NCBI GenBank assembly: GCA_013265495.1
Contig: MU057947.1
Location: 1,126,048 to 1,190,047, forward strand
Source of the DNA: Vicugna vicugna
Lineage: Eukaryota
Length of the DNA: 64,000 bases
Reading direction: 5' to 3'
Position numbers and translations under genes: made by a program. This document shows, one piece after another, positions 11,523 to 24,028 of the stretch; positions within the stretch are counted from its first letter, which is position 1, and each line of letters begins with the position of its first letter. The notes under the pieces were generated by a model. It searched no databases. It saw only the letters and a list, made by a program, of their open reading frames with translations, and was not told the DNA's origin.

Positions 11523-12829
11523 GGAGGCAGTGTCTAGGTCAGGGCTGGATGGAAGAGCCAGGGGGTGGAAATCTGGGGGGACGTCTTTTGAATCCTGCCC
11601 CCAGTGTGTTGCCAAGTCCTTTGTAAATGTGAGGGGCTGTTATGTGAAATGTGTTTCATGCCTCCCACGTTTATAAAGACGCCCCTTCATGGGTGCTGAC
11701 ACTGCGATGTAGTTGAAGGAGACATCCCTTCAGACCTTTCATTCTGTAATTAACGGTCTGGGTGTGAGAACCACAGGTAATTAGTAAGGTGCATTTATGG
11801 CCAATAATGACATAAGATCTGTTCCCGATCAATCTGGACAGGCAGGGAGAGGCTGAGACAGAATTAAGGCATCAAACCTTGGTCATCAATTGAATCTGGT
11901 GAAGCCAGTGACCCCACACATGGAGAAGGGAGGAGATTACTTGTGACGTCCTAAATGCCTTCAGCCCTCTGACCCCGGGGCTCTTATCCTGCCTTACTAA
12001 ATGCGAAGGCTTCCTCTGCATTTATCTCTGCTGTGTGGGGAAAAAATCAACGTGAATATCCCGTAGCTAGAAAGTGAAGGAGATACAAACATTTTCCCGA
12101 AGTAGGACATTAACAGTGAGGATTTCTGAGTCATAGTGCTTCGTGCCAGAGGATTCCCCCAGCTAATTCTGTGACAATGCAGACATCCTGACCTAGATCG
12201 CCTTAATCGTGTGTGCGGGTGTACAGCCAAGTGTGTCTCTGTCCTTGGGTCCACAAACACCTGGATGTGGAGGGGAAACACCTGTTGCTTCTCCCATGGG
12301 CCAAAGGAAAAGCCGACCAAGGACATCACGCTATGGCCTGTGGGGATGCAATGGGGCCAGGTGGTGAGAAGCCGGCCGCAGTCCTAGCGGCTTTATCTTC
12401 CTCACTTACTCTCCTGCCCCACCAGACGTCGGTGGGGCCCTCCTCCCTGCTGTCCTCTCTCGGGGACCCAGCTCCACCATTGGCAGTGACCCCAGTCTCT
12501 GCAGCTGGGGAGGCAAGAGCAGGGACATCCCACACCAGTGATGAAACGCTCCGGCTGGGCAGCACACCAGATGGTCCAGGCCTGGTGCAGGACTGCCCCC
12601 GGCTCCGGGGAGGCGGGGCAGCTGGTCCTACCGGCCCCCTGGAGGAGGGGCGTTAGGGAGGGGTGGGTACTGGGAAGGCCCGCCGGGGAGGCTGGGGGAA
12701 GGGCTGTCTCGTTCTGTCTGCAGTGATCCCAGAGCAGACCCAGGGCCACAGCGGGTTTATTAAGCAGGCAGCTGTGTCATCACCCAGCACATGGGATGGA
12801 TGGGGAGTTTTAGGGGCCAGAGGGTAGAC

Positions 12830-13269
12830 TGTCATTGGTTGAATTGTGGGCCCCACAATTCAAGATACATCTGCCTGGACCCTCAGACCATGACCTTATT
12901 TGCAATAAGGGTCTTTGTGGAGGTAATTAAGATAAGGAGCTCGAGATGAGCTCATCCTGGTTTAGGCTGGGCCCTTCATCCACAGATAAGTCTTTTCAAG
13001 ACGAGAGAAGGGGAGACAGATGCAGGTGCACAGCGGGAAGGTCCATCTGGTGGTGATGCAGCCACAAACCAGGGGATGCCAAGGATTGCCGGCAGCCCCC
13101 GAGCTGGAAGCGGCAAGGAGAGGGTCTCTCCCAGAGCCTTCGGAGGGATTGTGGCCCCGGTGACACGTTGGTTTTGGACCTCTGGCTTCCAGAAACACAG
13201 GAGAATGAATTTCTCTGGTTTTCAGGCCCACATTGGTGGTATTTTATTAAGCAGCCAAAGAAACTGACA
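12830..13269 (+). mobile_element. MLT1B/C-like LTR
   Basis: TG start 'tgtcattggttgaattgtgg', 'tgaccttatttgcaataagggtctttg', end 'agccaaagaaactgaca'; possible 5-bp TSD tagac/cagac. Confidence 0.85.
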
Positions 13270-13999
13270 CAGACTACTACGCAAAGTTCTCCTGCGAGAG
13301 GCTTTTTGAGGAAGTTCTTTCTTTCTCCCTCTGCTGTGTGTTTCCCTTGCCTGCTCCAGGATGGCGCCGGGACCCAGACTTCTCGACCTTCCCTTCCCTT
13401 CTGTTTCTAACAAGGAGCTAAAGGCACCTGCAGAGTCAGGGGCACCTCTGGAGGCGGGGGAGGGGCAGGGCTCATGGTGCCCGGGAGCCGAGGGGTGCAC
13501 TTGAGACCCCGGCTGGGAGATGGGGTGATCACGGGCCAGGGGAGCTGCGGGACGGGTTTTGGGCAGGTTGGGCGCAGGCGTCCTCCCGTGGGGTCGAGCT
13601 GCAGCAGCTGCATGTGTGTCTGAAGCTGGGACCGCCTGGCGGAGCCGAGCCATCAGCATCCCCATCCTGATGAGGCGCTGCAAGCTTGCTGCTTCAAACA
13701 GGCACCGGGGCCTGAAACTGCGTAAAGCCGATTTATCTGACTAGAAATTGATGTCGTATTGACGCATGTTGACTCTGTCTAAAGCCACGTGTGGAGTAAA
13801 ATCCATCGCAGAAGAGACCCTTTGGCAAATCCACCTACTACTATTTGTACTAAATTCACTGTGCGCGAGAGTCAGAGCCGGCTCTTGTTGACTTACTAGC
13901 TTTGCCTGAGAAGGTCAAACACCCAAAAAAGTAAATTTCATCTTAGATTCCTCAGGCCAGGCTTCGTTCCCTCCACGCACGGTTACTGAGGCACCGTCG

Positions 14000-14700
14000 C
14001 GGGTGTTTGGAGCACGTCTGCTGGGGGAGCCCCGGCCTGGACCTGTGTGGGCCCTGAGCAGCCATGGAACACAGCTGGGGACGAGGCACACATCTCTGGC
14101 AGTGCTTGCGGGAGGGAAAGAAAAGCAAGACAGGTGCGGGGGGGGCGGCGTGCACTGTGCTGTTTGCAGCTTTTGGTGGTGTGGTCAGGCGGGCGCCATG
14201 GCGGTGCACACCAGGGCGAGGACTTGGGGAGGTGGGCACAGCAGTGTGGAGACTTGGGGAAGGGCGTTCCTGCAGGGGGAGCTGAATTGTGAAGCCCCTG
14301 GCTGCTGGCAAGTCCCAGGAGCAGCTGCAGTAACAAGTGACCTCTGTGGCCATAGTGAGGATTTTGGATTCCAGTTGGGGGTCTCCTGGAGGCTACGGAA
14401 GAGGGGAGAGTTGTTACCTGACTGTTTCAAAAGGCTGTCCTGGCTGCTGGGTGGAGAGTGGCCAGTGCAGGGTCTGGGGCCGGCGGGGCATGATTTAGGG
14501 GGTGATGTGATAATGTAAGAGATGTGACCATGACCTGGACATGTGGGTGGTCCGTGGAGAGAGTGGGAGACCCTCCCCACGGGGATGTGTGGGACGAGGG
14601 AGAGGGACATCAGGATGCCCCAGGGACATGCCCGGGGCTGCGTTCAGGGAGAGGTGGGTCCCAGGAAGTGTCACAAGGAGGGCTGACCCTTGGGCACGTA
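14000..14700 (-). mobile_element. Degenerate L2 fragment
   Basis: 'ggccatagtgaggattttggatt', 'tttcaaaaggctgtcctggctgctgggtggagagtgg' resemble reverse L2; boundaries uncertain. Confidence 0.45.
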
Positions 14701-14715
14701 CATGATTTGTGGTTC

Positions 14716-15171
14716 TGTTACTGAACACAGGTTTGACTGCTCACCACTCAAAAGCCAATAATCAAGAGGCAAGTGTTGGTAGAAAGAAAAGATGCTTTAA
14801 TCAGAGAAGCCAGAAATCGGGGGAGAAGGAGGCCTCATGTCCTAAAACCAACCTGAAAGATTCTGCTCAGCCATGACCATTTTTGAAGGGAAAAAGGGGG
14901 AAGAATCTCAGTGGACCACTGAGGCAGGAGGTTGGGGTCTGCATCATCTCCACTGTGTGCAGACCGGTCGACTCTCTTCAGGTGTGATCTTGCCCCAGGT
15001 CTGCGTGCAGGACTGCCGGGGGGCACTGAGGGTGGAGAGCTAGTCATTCCTTAACTACTGAGTTCATTCCTGCTTCTTTTCATCTAGGAAAAGGGTCGAC
15101 AGGTTGGGCAAGGTACAGTGAGCACTCAGGAGAGTGTAAGTCAGGAGTTAGGTTAAACTGCCTTCCTTTCA
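14716..15171 (-). mobile_element. ERV1-type solo LTR
   Basis: The reverse complement of 14716-14812 (ctggcttctctgattaaagcatcttttctttctaccaacacttgcctc...ttgagtggtgagcag...gtaaca) aligns by eye with the 3' end of the LTR at 62284-62981. No clear TSD; right boundary approximate. Confidence 0.7.
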
Positions 15172-17612
15172 TCATGTGGACAAGAACTGCCGTCTTGGCT
15201 TTGTCAGGCGGCATCCAGGCCACACATCTCAGCTCCTGAAAAGCCCAGCACAGCCCCAGCAAAGCTCTCCAGCTCCCCCAGTCCCCTCGCCCCTGAAAGT
15301 TCTGGCCCCTGACTTGCCGTGGCTTCCGTGGTGTGAGGAGAGGGGAGAGCAGCCTCCTTTCCATGGCGCCTTAGCGCTCCCACCTCAGAGGGTAGACAGG
15401 GCCATCCTGCTCCCCCTGCACCTTGGATCTCGACTCAGGGCCATCACGGTGGGTTGCGGGGGCGCTGCCCGGCCTGCAGCGAGAGGAGCGGGTGGAGGGG
15501 CCCTTGGAGGCTTCCTAGCCCCACAGGGGCCTGATGCTGCCGTTTCCTGGTCTATGTCCGGAGCCAGGACCGGAGGTGAACGGGGAGGCAGCTCTCAGGG
15601 GCCAGCAGACCCCTGACCTCGGGTTTCAGCCTTGAGCACCTGTGTTCCCTTCTGGAACATCCCTCCACTTCTCCAGGTCACTCTCCTCCACCCGTGAAGT
15701 GCGGAGAGCCCCTTTCCTGGGGTCTCCGTGGGGATGAGAATGATGGAGAGCATGTACCCGGCGGGGAGCTGGTGGTGGGAGGGCCTCCTGAGGGAGGCGG
15801 AGGGGGCAGGGAGAGAGCCCCCCATGGGGGAGGATCCCTGGAGGAAGCAAGGCAGAGCCCACCCTCCTCTGGCTCCTGGGAAGCAGGGAAAACAGAAGGT
15901 CCGGCCCGGTGCTTGTTGGGGAGGACAGGGGTGGTGCTCAGGGGGCCAGCTGTGCTGTGTTCCTGGCCAGGGAGGGCCACACCATCTAAGCATAGAGCTG
16001 TCAAACAGCTGTGACCCAATTGCCCTGAGCTTCCTAAAGATGATGATTGTTACAGAGTTTACCTGGCCTAAGGCTACCTGAAGATGCCATGCAAATTTAT
16101 GCATTTATGCAAATCACACAACCCAGATTCCTGGGAGCAGAGACCTCCGCTGTGTCCTCCTCCTTCCCTGCAGAGCTGGGGAGCCCTGGGGCCCCTCCAT
16201 GCCCTCTCTCCCCTGCAGCCCCTGCAGCAGGGATGGGAGATTGACAGACCTGCACTGCCCCCACCCCTTGGCTTCCTGTGGCTGATCCTGGCCTGATTAC
16301 AGAGGCTGAGAGAAAATCTGTTCTCCGGGTTAAACCCTCTCTATTTCAAGGCTCTGCCAGTCTCTTAACAATTAGTGGATTGATCTCAATTCTTGATGCA
16401 GAATTGAGCGAGTTCTCTGCTGATAGGAGTGGCTTCCCAGGAGGCAGCGCTGTTTGGTGGGTAAGAGTAGTTCTTGGTCCTTCTGTGGTGCCTTTCGGCA
16501 GCGGCGCTGACAGGCAGCCTGTCAGTTCTCAGGATACCCCGGGATGGGCAGCAGGTGGCTTGGATCCCTGTCTGCAGGTGGGACGTGCTGGGGGAGCCGG
16601 TGGGTCCTGCCAGAGGAGGACACCCTGCAGGAGAAACCCTCCGGGCCTCGCTGGCCGCTCCCCAGGCCTCAGCGCTGGGTCTGACCTGAGGGAGCCCCTC
16701 CAGGTGGGCCTGGCCAGGTGGGCAGGGACACTTTCATCCTGAGATGCTTGTTCTTGGGGTCCCACCCCTACCCCCCACACAACTGAAGCTGGGGAGACAG
16801 GAGAGCGCCTGGCCTGATGGTGGCACCATTTGTCACTGTCACACGGTTGGCTGGCTCCGGGCTCCGGGCATACCTGGCTGGCCTGCGTCTGAACACAGGT
16901 TGGGCTGCTCCTCCGGGATGCGGGAGGCACTGTAATTGGAGGTGGCCGCGCCACCCCCCACACTCTGGAATGATGAAGGCTCACAGCCTTGCCTCCCTCC
17001 CTGACACCCAGCCAGGGGTGGCTGCCCTCTCTGTGTTCACACTGTGCCACAGGCCTTGTGCTATTCATTAAGGTGTTAATGTGGACGGGAAATAGACATT
17101 TCAAGGGTTTGATGAAATTAAGACTTTCCTGTTAGCTGGCACAACTCAGAAGGGGGTCGAAATGCATCAGCCTATGTGTTTGAAGATTGGAAAGCAGAAA
17201 AGCATGTGGTCTGGGCTAAGGGGACTTTGAGGCAAAATATAATTTAAAATCAGCCAGTTACTGTGATGTCTCTGCTAGAACACGCTTCTCCCAGGCTAAT
17301 GAAATCAGGGCTCCTGCTCTGGCTAATCTCTTTGTTCTAATTAGAATATCCAAACACCCTCTCCAGAAGAGGGTCAACCAGCAACTGCGAATGAAAACCG
17401 AAGCTGGGGGGGGGCTGTCCAGAGAATCGCATCCAGCATGCTCAGCGCTTGGAAGGCCCTTGGAGAGACGGGGGCTGGGGGCTGGGGGCCCCGCGTGGCC
17501 ACAGGAGGTGGACTTGCTGCTCATTCTGAACCCTCTCCCTGGGCTGCAGGCTGCATGGCTGTGCCCCGGGCCTGAGTCCAGGTCGTTACCTGTACAACTT
17601 GTCCTCAGGCAC

Positions 17613-17664
17613 AGCAGGGACGTCCAAGCAGGGACGTCCAAGCCGGGACGTCCAAGCCGGGACG
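17613..17664. repeat. 14-bp minisatellite, agc(a/c)gggacgtcca x ~3.7
   Basis: Read directly. Confidence 0.9.
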
Positions 17665-18324
17665 GGACGCACGCGCTCTCTCCTCCTGGACTTCGCCCGG
17701 GTGGTCAAGTGAGCGCCCAGGCTCTGTCACAGAGGGGTCTGCTCTGCTCCAGAGATGCAGTAATGAGGGAGGAAGCGGAAGGGGCAAATCAGGAAATTGC
17801 CCGGAGTGCGAACATCCGTTCCTCCAATAGTTCCTGGGTGTCGCCATGTGTCGCAGGGCGCCCTGCCCCGTGCAGAAGGCCAGCGGTGAGTGGGGACCTG
17901 CCCACGAAGCACAGGACTCAGTAGCACACACTCATGGGAGCAGGGAGCCTGAGTGTGCAAGGGCCCGTCTAGGGGTTGGGCGACTCAAGCGAGTCTGTCA
18001 GGCCGCCACGAACTGGCAGGAGCCCGGCTGGCTCTCCCTGCTGGAAGCCAGGCTCAGGCCTCTGTGCTGGGATTCAGAGATGGGCCGGGGCAGCAGGTTG
18101 TCTGCAGCGCCCGGAGTAGGCGGCAGTGCAGCTCGTCAGTCAGGACTCATCAGAGCTGGCGCCAGCACTCGCTGCTTCCTCCCTCAGCGTCTCCCTCTGC
18201 AGGGGGACAGCCGCACGTCCATGCGTCACCCGTGGGTACCAGGTGAGCACCAGGTAGTTACTGCAGGGCTCGGCTCTGCGTGGCAGAACCGACCCTCACT
18301 GATTCGAGGAGTTGGCGTGAGGTC

Positions 18325-18893
18325 GGCAGTCCATTTTCTGTTGCTATAGTAACAAATCAGCACAGGTTTAATAGCTGAACACAGCACCAGTTCATTCTCC
18401 CCCAGCTGCTGGGGTCAGAAGTCTGAGGTGGGTCTCTCTGGGCTGAAATCCCAGTTTCTGCAGGGCTGCACTCCTTCCTGGGGGCTCCGGGAGGCACCAC
18501 TTCCAGGCTCATTCAGGGTGGGGCCTGAATTCGGTTCCTTGGGTTGTAGGACTGAGGTCCTGTTTCTGTGCTGGCTGTCGGCTGAGATTTCCCTTCACTC
18601 TCAGAGTCCCTGGGTCCTTGCGTGGGGGTCCCTGCACCTGGGAGCCGGCAGTGGTGCACCGAGTCCTTCTCAGGCTTAAACTCTCTGAGTTACGTTTCTC
18701 TGCATCTCTCTTGCTTCAGCCAGAGGAAGTCCTTTGCGGTTAAGAGCTCACGTGGTAGGATAATTCAGGAGAATCTCCACAGGTAAGGTCTGTGGACTTC
18801 ACTACGTCTGTACAGTCCTGTTTGCCACGTGGTGTAGCGTTCACAGATTCCTGGGATGGGGGCATGGGCCATTCGGGCCATTCTGCCTCCCAC
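18325..18893 (-). mobile_element. MLT1E-like LTR
   Basis: 'ttgctatagtaacaaatc', 'gggtcagaagtctgaggtgggtctc', 'ggttgtaggactgaggtcc', end 'attctgcctccca'; same type as the element at 7447. Confidence 0.8.
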
Positions 18894-18979
18894 TCTGCCT
18901 TTGGCGGGTTATTCCAGACACTCTGCTGCTCCGCAGGGAAGGCGGAGTAAAATCCAGAAACACTGATTCCCCGCACGGG

Positions 18980-19120
18980 TGCGGAGCTAACGTGGGGAGG
19001 ATGTCCTGGGTGCCAGGCACTACACTCCGCGTGGATGGCTTGTTCCGATGGCACGAGGACTCTGTGAGGTCAGCGCTGTATTTCCCCGGCTGTGAAGATG
19101 TTGCGGTGCGCGCTCGGTCC
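18980..19120 (-). mobile_element. Degenerate MIR fragment
   Basis: 'gtgccaggcactacac...ctctgtgaggtcag...tgaagatg' layout of a reverse MIR. Confidence 0.4.
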
Positions 19121-19329
19121 TGGTGGCTTCCCGCGGGCTGCAGCTGGTGGGTCCCAGAGCTGGGGTTTGGACCTCCTCCATCTGTCTGTCTCCAGGGTCG
19201 GAATTGTCAGTAGTGGTGTCGTACTTCGTTGCAGTATCAGCGCTGGGTTATAATTTTGTTGTAAGTAATGAAAGAGCCCTTGGTGCTTGCAAAGATGGCA
19301 AAGCCCCGGTGTGGCTGGCAGCTTGGAGC

Positions 19330-20193
19330 ACCGTTCAGCAAACATTTCCACCTCCTGTTTACTCCTCCCCTTCCAGTCCCTGCCTTTGATGTGTGAATGA
19401 AAAATACTGCAAACTATGCTGCGGCCATTAAGTCATCAGCGCCACCCCCGACAGTGAGTGGGGAGGACTCAGGATGCATGCGGACAAGCAGGCAGCCCGG
19501 CCTCTGCAGCCACCCCCAACTGGGGGTGCCTCCGATGGGACGCAGGACGGGAAAGCACAGGACACTGGCCCCGGACAGCTCAGGTGCCCATCCAAGGAAG
19601 GATTTCAGGGAGCCCAGACCTCGCACCTTCCATACACAGAAAAGTGCTAAATTCCTTAACTTGAGATGTCTGGTTTCCTTGAATTAACAGTCATCTTTCG
19701 ATGTCTCGACTACCTGGTCTTCATTGTAAAAACTCCTATATCCCGGCTCCTCCCCTCCCTTTTTGGAGCCGTCTCTCAGAGGGGTCTGAGAGGCTGCCAT
19801 CCTGGGCTGGAGGGTTCCAGTCCTCAGAAATGTCCACCAAATAAAACACGACTCTCAGCTTTTAGGCTGTGCCTTTTATGTCAGTCGACAGACGTTGGGC
19901 CCAGCCGTGTGGCTTGCTTTGGTCTGTGGAGCTTGGAGGAAGTGCCAGCTGGGAGCTCAGCCCCTGATAGCATTGCCTGTTTCTACTTGCCCATCACGGA
20001 GCTCTGCTGTTTGCCAGATCATGCCCCGGGGCTGCCTCTCCAGAAGGAGACTCATGGGGCAGCCTGAACACGACCCCAGCACAGCGCAGAGCAGCCCAGC
20101 TGTGGCTCAGACTTGTCAGCGAGTAACAAACGCTATTGCCACACGCCTCTGAGAGCTGGGGGGTGTTTGTTGCACAGGAAACCTGACTGACAC
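19330..20193 (+). mobile_element. Old MLT1 (I/J-like) LTR interrupted by an ERV1 LTR
   Basis: Removing 19392-19890 restores 'ccctgccttt-gacgttgggcccagccgtgtggcttgctttgg'; ends 'tgtttgttgcacaggaaacctgactgacaca'. Confidence 0.6.
19392..19890 (+). mobile_element. ERV1-type solo LTR, local family copy 1
   Basis: TG...CA ends, AATAAA near 19840, 4-bp TSD gatg/gacg; homologous to 24029-24464 and 31951-32402. Confidence 0.85.
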
Positions 20194-20607
20194 ACCTGGC
20201 TGAGAAGTAGATACTTTGCAGGTAGGAGCTGAGTCGTCTCAGGGGCAGTGGGCTCAGGCTTGTGAGGAGTTAATAGAATTGTTTGTTCCAGACTTGGTGA
20301 GCCCGGACCTGAATGTAGAAGCCGACTGGCATCTTCCTGGGTATCTTCATGCTCTGTGTCCCCTCCTGAGGGAGCCCTGCTGCTTTCCTGCTGGCTGGTG
20401 CTCCTGGAGGGGAGATATCAGGGCCTGCCTTCCCCCCGGGAGGGCCTGGGCTTGGGGTTCAGGGCCTGAAATCACATCCCGGCCCCCTGGAGAGACTTTG
20501 CTTCCCTGAGTCATCACTGCCATCTGATCAGGAGATCGGATGCCCCCAGCCAGCAGTGCTGGGGCCAGCTTCATGCATGTGGTGTCATGGAACTTGAGGA
20601 ATCCTTC

Positions 20608-20720
20608 AGTCATTAGTTCATTGATCCAAAAAGTATTTATTTACCATCTGCTGAGTGCCAGGCACTGGGCTAGACCCCAGGAACATGAAGCTGTCTGTCT
20701 AAGACAGGCCGTGCCCCTCT
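20608..20720 (-). mobile_element. L2 3'-end fragment
   Basis: 'ttcattgatccaaaaagtatttatt...gtgccaggcactgggctag'. Confidence 0.55.
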
Positions 20721-21893
20721 CTTCGCGGCATGCTGGGCCTCACGGCTGCAGAGTTGGGACGTGCAGAGGAGGCAGGAAGCTTCAGGAAAAAGGAAACAGC
20801 ACAAGAAAAGACCTGTTTTTAAATAGAACTTGGGGAAGCACTGGAAATCATAAAATATTTTGGTCAGCATGGCAGGTCACTGCAGATCAAGGAAGTCTCA
20901 GAGCAGTTACCACCTCCGTAAGCCGCTAAGAGGAACAGGAGTGAAGTGCAGTGGAGAAAACTGTCACTTACAGACAGCAGCGTTAGTCACTTTTAATCTC
21001 ACCTGAGACCCTTGACTGGGAGGAAGACTGAATGATTCTGTTTGTTGTAATGAGAGGTCCATGAACCACGGGTAAGTCTTCCATCATGTTAACTTGCCAG
21101 GTGGGACATATGCTGTGTAAAGATGGCCAAGGGGGATTAAAAACAGAGCCTTCTGGAGACGAGTGTCAGGGTTTGGAACATTCCAACTCACATGGAAGGT
21201 CTGGGCATGAAAAGTCTGGGCGACGTCCAGACTGAAGCTTCCGCACCGTCTCAGCGCCGGGATCCGAGCCCTGTTTACCCACCTCGAGGGCACAGGTGGC
21301 CTCTGTCCTGGCCGAGAGTCAGTGGACCCAAAGCCCAGAGCTGCAGCCTTGGCTAGACCGAGATGCTCCCTCCCTCTTCCTCTCGGTCCTGAACCCAGGA
21401 AGGCAGAGGAGTAAGTCATCTTCGCTGACAAGGTTTAGGTCACATATGAAGAAGTCAGTTGAATCCAGGCTGTCAACATTTAGGGATCGCGTGAATGCAG
21501 TGACAACTTGTGTAATCATCTTATCTGTGCATGTTTCTCTGCCTTTGAAGTGCCTGAAGGCTTCGAAATCGTCTGTCACATATTATTTGTAGATACGGTT
21601 TAAATTATTTAAGGGGATCAAATTAATTTCAACTGTAAACGTTGCCCAAGAACAATTATTATCTAAGTTTTGTTTGTAAAGTATGTTGAGAATTACATTT
21701 TAAGGAGCATGAGTTCCCCTCCAGCTACAAAACTCCTGCAGGCTTTAAAGACAGTAGAGCATGTGGGTTTTCTCCCATGCTAGTTAGGATGATAAATTAT
21801 ACCAAGTTTCCTAATATCGAACCATTCACCCACGTTTTAATTCAGTTAATCACAGTGAACGTGTCCTGTATAGACGCGAGGCTTAGTGTTCAC

Positions 21894-22077
21894 CACTGGT
21901 TCTCAAAGTGTGATTCCGAGACATCCCCAGGGAGCTTGTGAGACACGCGAATTTTTGGAAACCTCCCCCACTGCACCTGCCCACAGACCTCTTGACCCAG
22001 AAGCTCTTGGCCCAGCCAGCGTGGTTTAACCAGCCTTCTCGGGGATTCTGACGGTCACCCAAGTGTGGGGACCGCTG
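21894..22077. mobile_element. MER5A-like hAT-Charlie DNA transposon
   Basis: Degenerate terminal inverted repeats cactggttctcaaagtg ... aagtgtggggaccgctg; internal 'tttaaccagcc...ggggattctga'. Confidence 0.75.
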
Positions 22078-22627
22078 GTTTAGGTTTTCTCTTTCTTCTT
22101 AGGTCAGTTCTGTAACGACTTTTATTTGCCTGGAAAAGTGTCCATCAGGTTCTGTGCTCTCCTGGGGGATTTGTGAACGTATTTATGAAGAATTTTTTTG
22201 AAAGTGTTTCTGCTGTCGTTTCCTGCTAGATTGTGCATTATTAGCTTGTCTTCCTACACTTTCCAAGTTTTTTTTCCGGCTGATTCATCAAACACTTGGA
22301 GCAGATTATTCCTGTGGCGTCTCGCTTGGCTGACCCCCGCACGGCGTGGCTTCCTTTCCGTCAGGTGCATCAGTTTCACGCGCGCACCGGTTAAAAATGG
22401 CAGCAGCGTCCCGTGCCACCTGACGCCCTGTCGAAGCAGAAGGTTGCTGTCCTGGATGCACTCACGCTAACCCGGGGACCAAGGGCTCCGTGCGGTGCTT
22501 GTCACTCGGTGAGTCTGTGTGGTAAAAACCATGACGACAAAGACTTCACCAAAGGGATGGACACCTAAGGGTGAGAGTTCACAGCTGGCCCACCCTTTCT
22601 TTGCCAGCAAATTTCATAAGTGCAGGT

Positions 22628-23078
22628 TGTCGTGGTTTGAAAGGTATTCCCCCAAAGTGACGTCCAGGTCCTAACCCCCAGCACCTGGGAGTGTGACCCT
22701 GTTTGGAAGCAGAGCCTTTGTAGAGAGTCCATTTACGGTTCTCCAGATGAGATCATCCTGGAGTTGGAGGGGCCCTAGATCGAATGCCTGGGGTCCTTGT
22801 AAGAGGAGAAGAGGACCCTGGAGACACACTGGAGAGATGTCGGTGCAGTTGGAGGCGGAGGCTGGAGTGATGCGGCCACAAGCCAAGGGTTGCAGCAGCC
22901 ATGGGGAGCCAGGAGGGAGACGTGGACCAGTTCTGCCCTCAGAGCCTCCAGAAGGAGCCACGGCTGCCCGCACTTTGGGTTCAGGCTTCTGGCCTCCAGA
23001 CTGTGGGAGAATCAGCTTCTGCTGTTTTAAGTCACCCCGTTTCTGGTCACTTGTGACAGTGGCCCCAGGAAACTACCG
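22628..23078 (+). mobile_element. MLT1B/C-like LTR
   Basis: 'gtccaggtcctaaccccc', 'gatgagatcatcctgg', 'gatgcggccacaagccaagg', 'ttctggcctccagactgtgggagaat', 'ccccaggaaacta'. Confidence 0.88.
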
Positions 23079-24028
23079 TCCAGGCACATGCAGGCACACA
23101 CGAGTGCTCCGCGGACCCTGCTCCGGCTCCTGCCGTAGCCCCGGGACGGCTGCGCAGGGCGTGAGGACCGGTTCCCTCGACTCCCCGCCGGGTCGCTGGC
23201 CTCCCGCTTTGTCCGCGCGGTGCCGGTGCGTTTGGAAGGCTTGGAGGACGGGCTCCCCGAGTCGGCCCTGGGAATCACCGGGACGCCGTTCGCTTGCACT
23301 TGAGGTTACACCATTTCTTCATGTGTGTGGGTTCCAAAGGTAAATCCAACAACTGACAGCCGTCTGGAAATGAGCATTTCCTGGCAGTGTCGTCATTCAG
23401 GATGAAGGGGAACTCTGCCTCTGCGGGACCCTGACGGCTACCCCAGCGGGAGCAGCTCCTCACGGCCCCGTCTCGGGCAGGCTTGGGGCTGCAGGCCTGG
23501 CACCCGGGTGCCTGGCGCCCAGCCCCTGGCCCGGGGGGACCGAGGGGAGGAAGACTGCCTGCTGGGAGTGTGGAGACAGGCGTGGCCCTGCCCGTCACAG
23601 GCCTGCTCCCACCAGACCCTTTTCTGTCTCCGGGAATTGCTGCCCCAGGGAGGGGCAGTCTCTCCCCAGCCCTCATCCCAGCGGCCCAAATACGAGGTCC
23701 CGTCCCAGCGGCAGGGAGGCTGGGGACTGGGGGTGCCCTGCACGCCCAGCAGGAGGAAGGGGGCTGGTGGGCTCCCGGAGTTTCCCCTCCAGGCTGACGC
23801 TGCCCCACCCTGGACGTGGCAGGAGAGCCTGGCTGTGAGCTGGTGTGGCCAGGGGCTTACTTACAGCCCCTCCGTGCCTGCTGCCGCGCTGCCGGTGGAG
23901 GCAGGCGGGGCCGTGTGGCCTGGGCAGCATGCTGCCCTTTGGCACTTTCGGAAGCTGAGTTGCCGTTGGCATAACAGGAGGCACCATCCTCCCTCTGTGT
24001 CTGCTCTCCTCACCGTCTGCACCAACTG

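Larger units (their letters stand above)
7447..11603 (-). mobile_element. MLT1E-like MaLR LTR split by an L1 and a second MLT1 (pieces ~7447-7956, 11010-11059, ~11523-11603)
   Basis: 'cacaaacttcgcagtttaaagcaacac', 'gttgtaggactgaggccc', 'cccacttggatgatccagga' left of the L1; continues 'aaagtcagctcatcagtcaccttaattccctctgcaaagtcccttcacag' and ends 'ggaaatctgggggg...gaatcctgccccca'. Confidence 0.75.

Noticed and set aside
17613..17664. CRISPR-like array
   Set aside because: Head-to-tail 14-mers with no spacers in mammalian DNA; an ordinary minisatellite.
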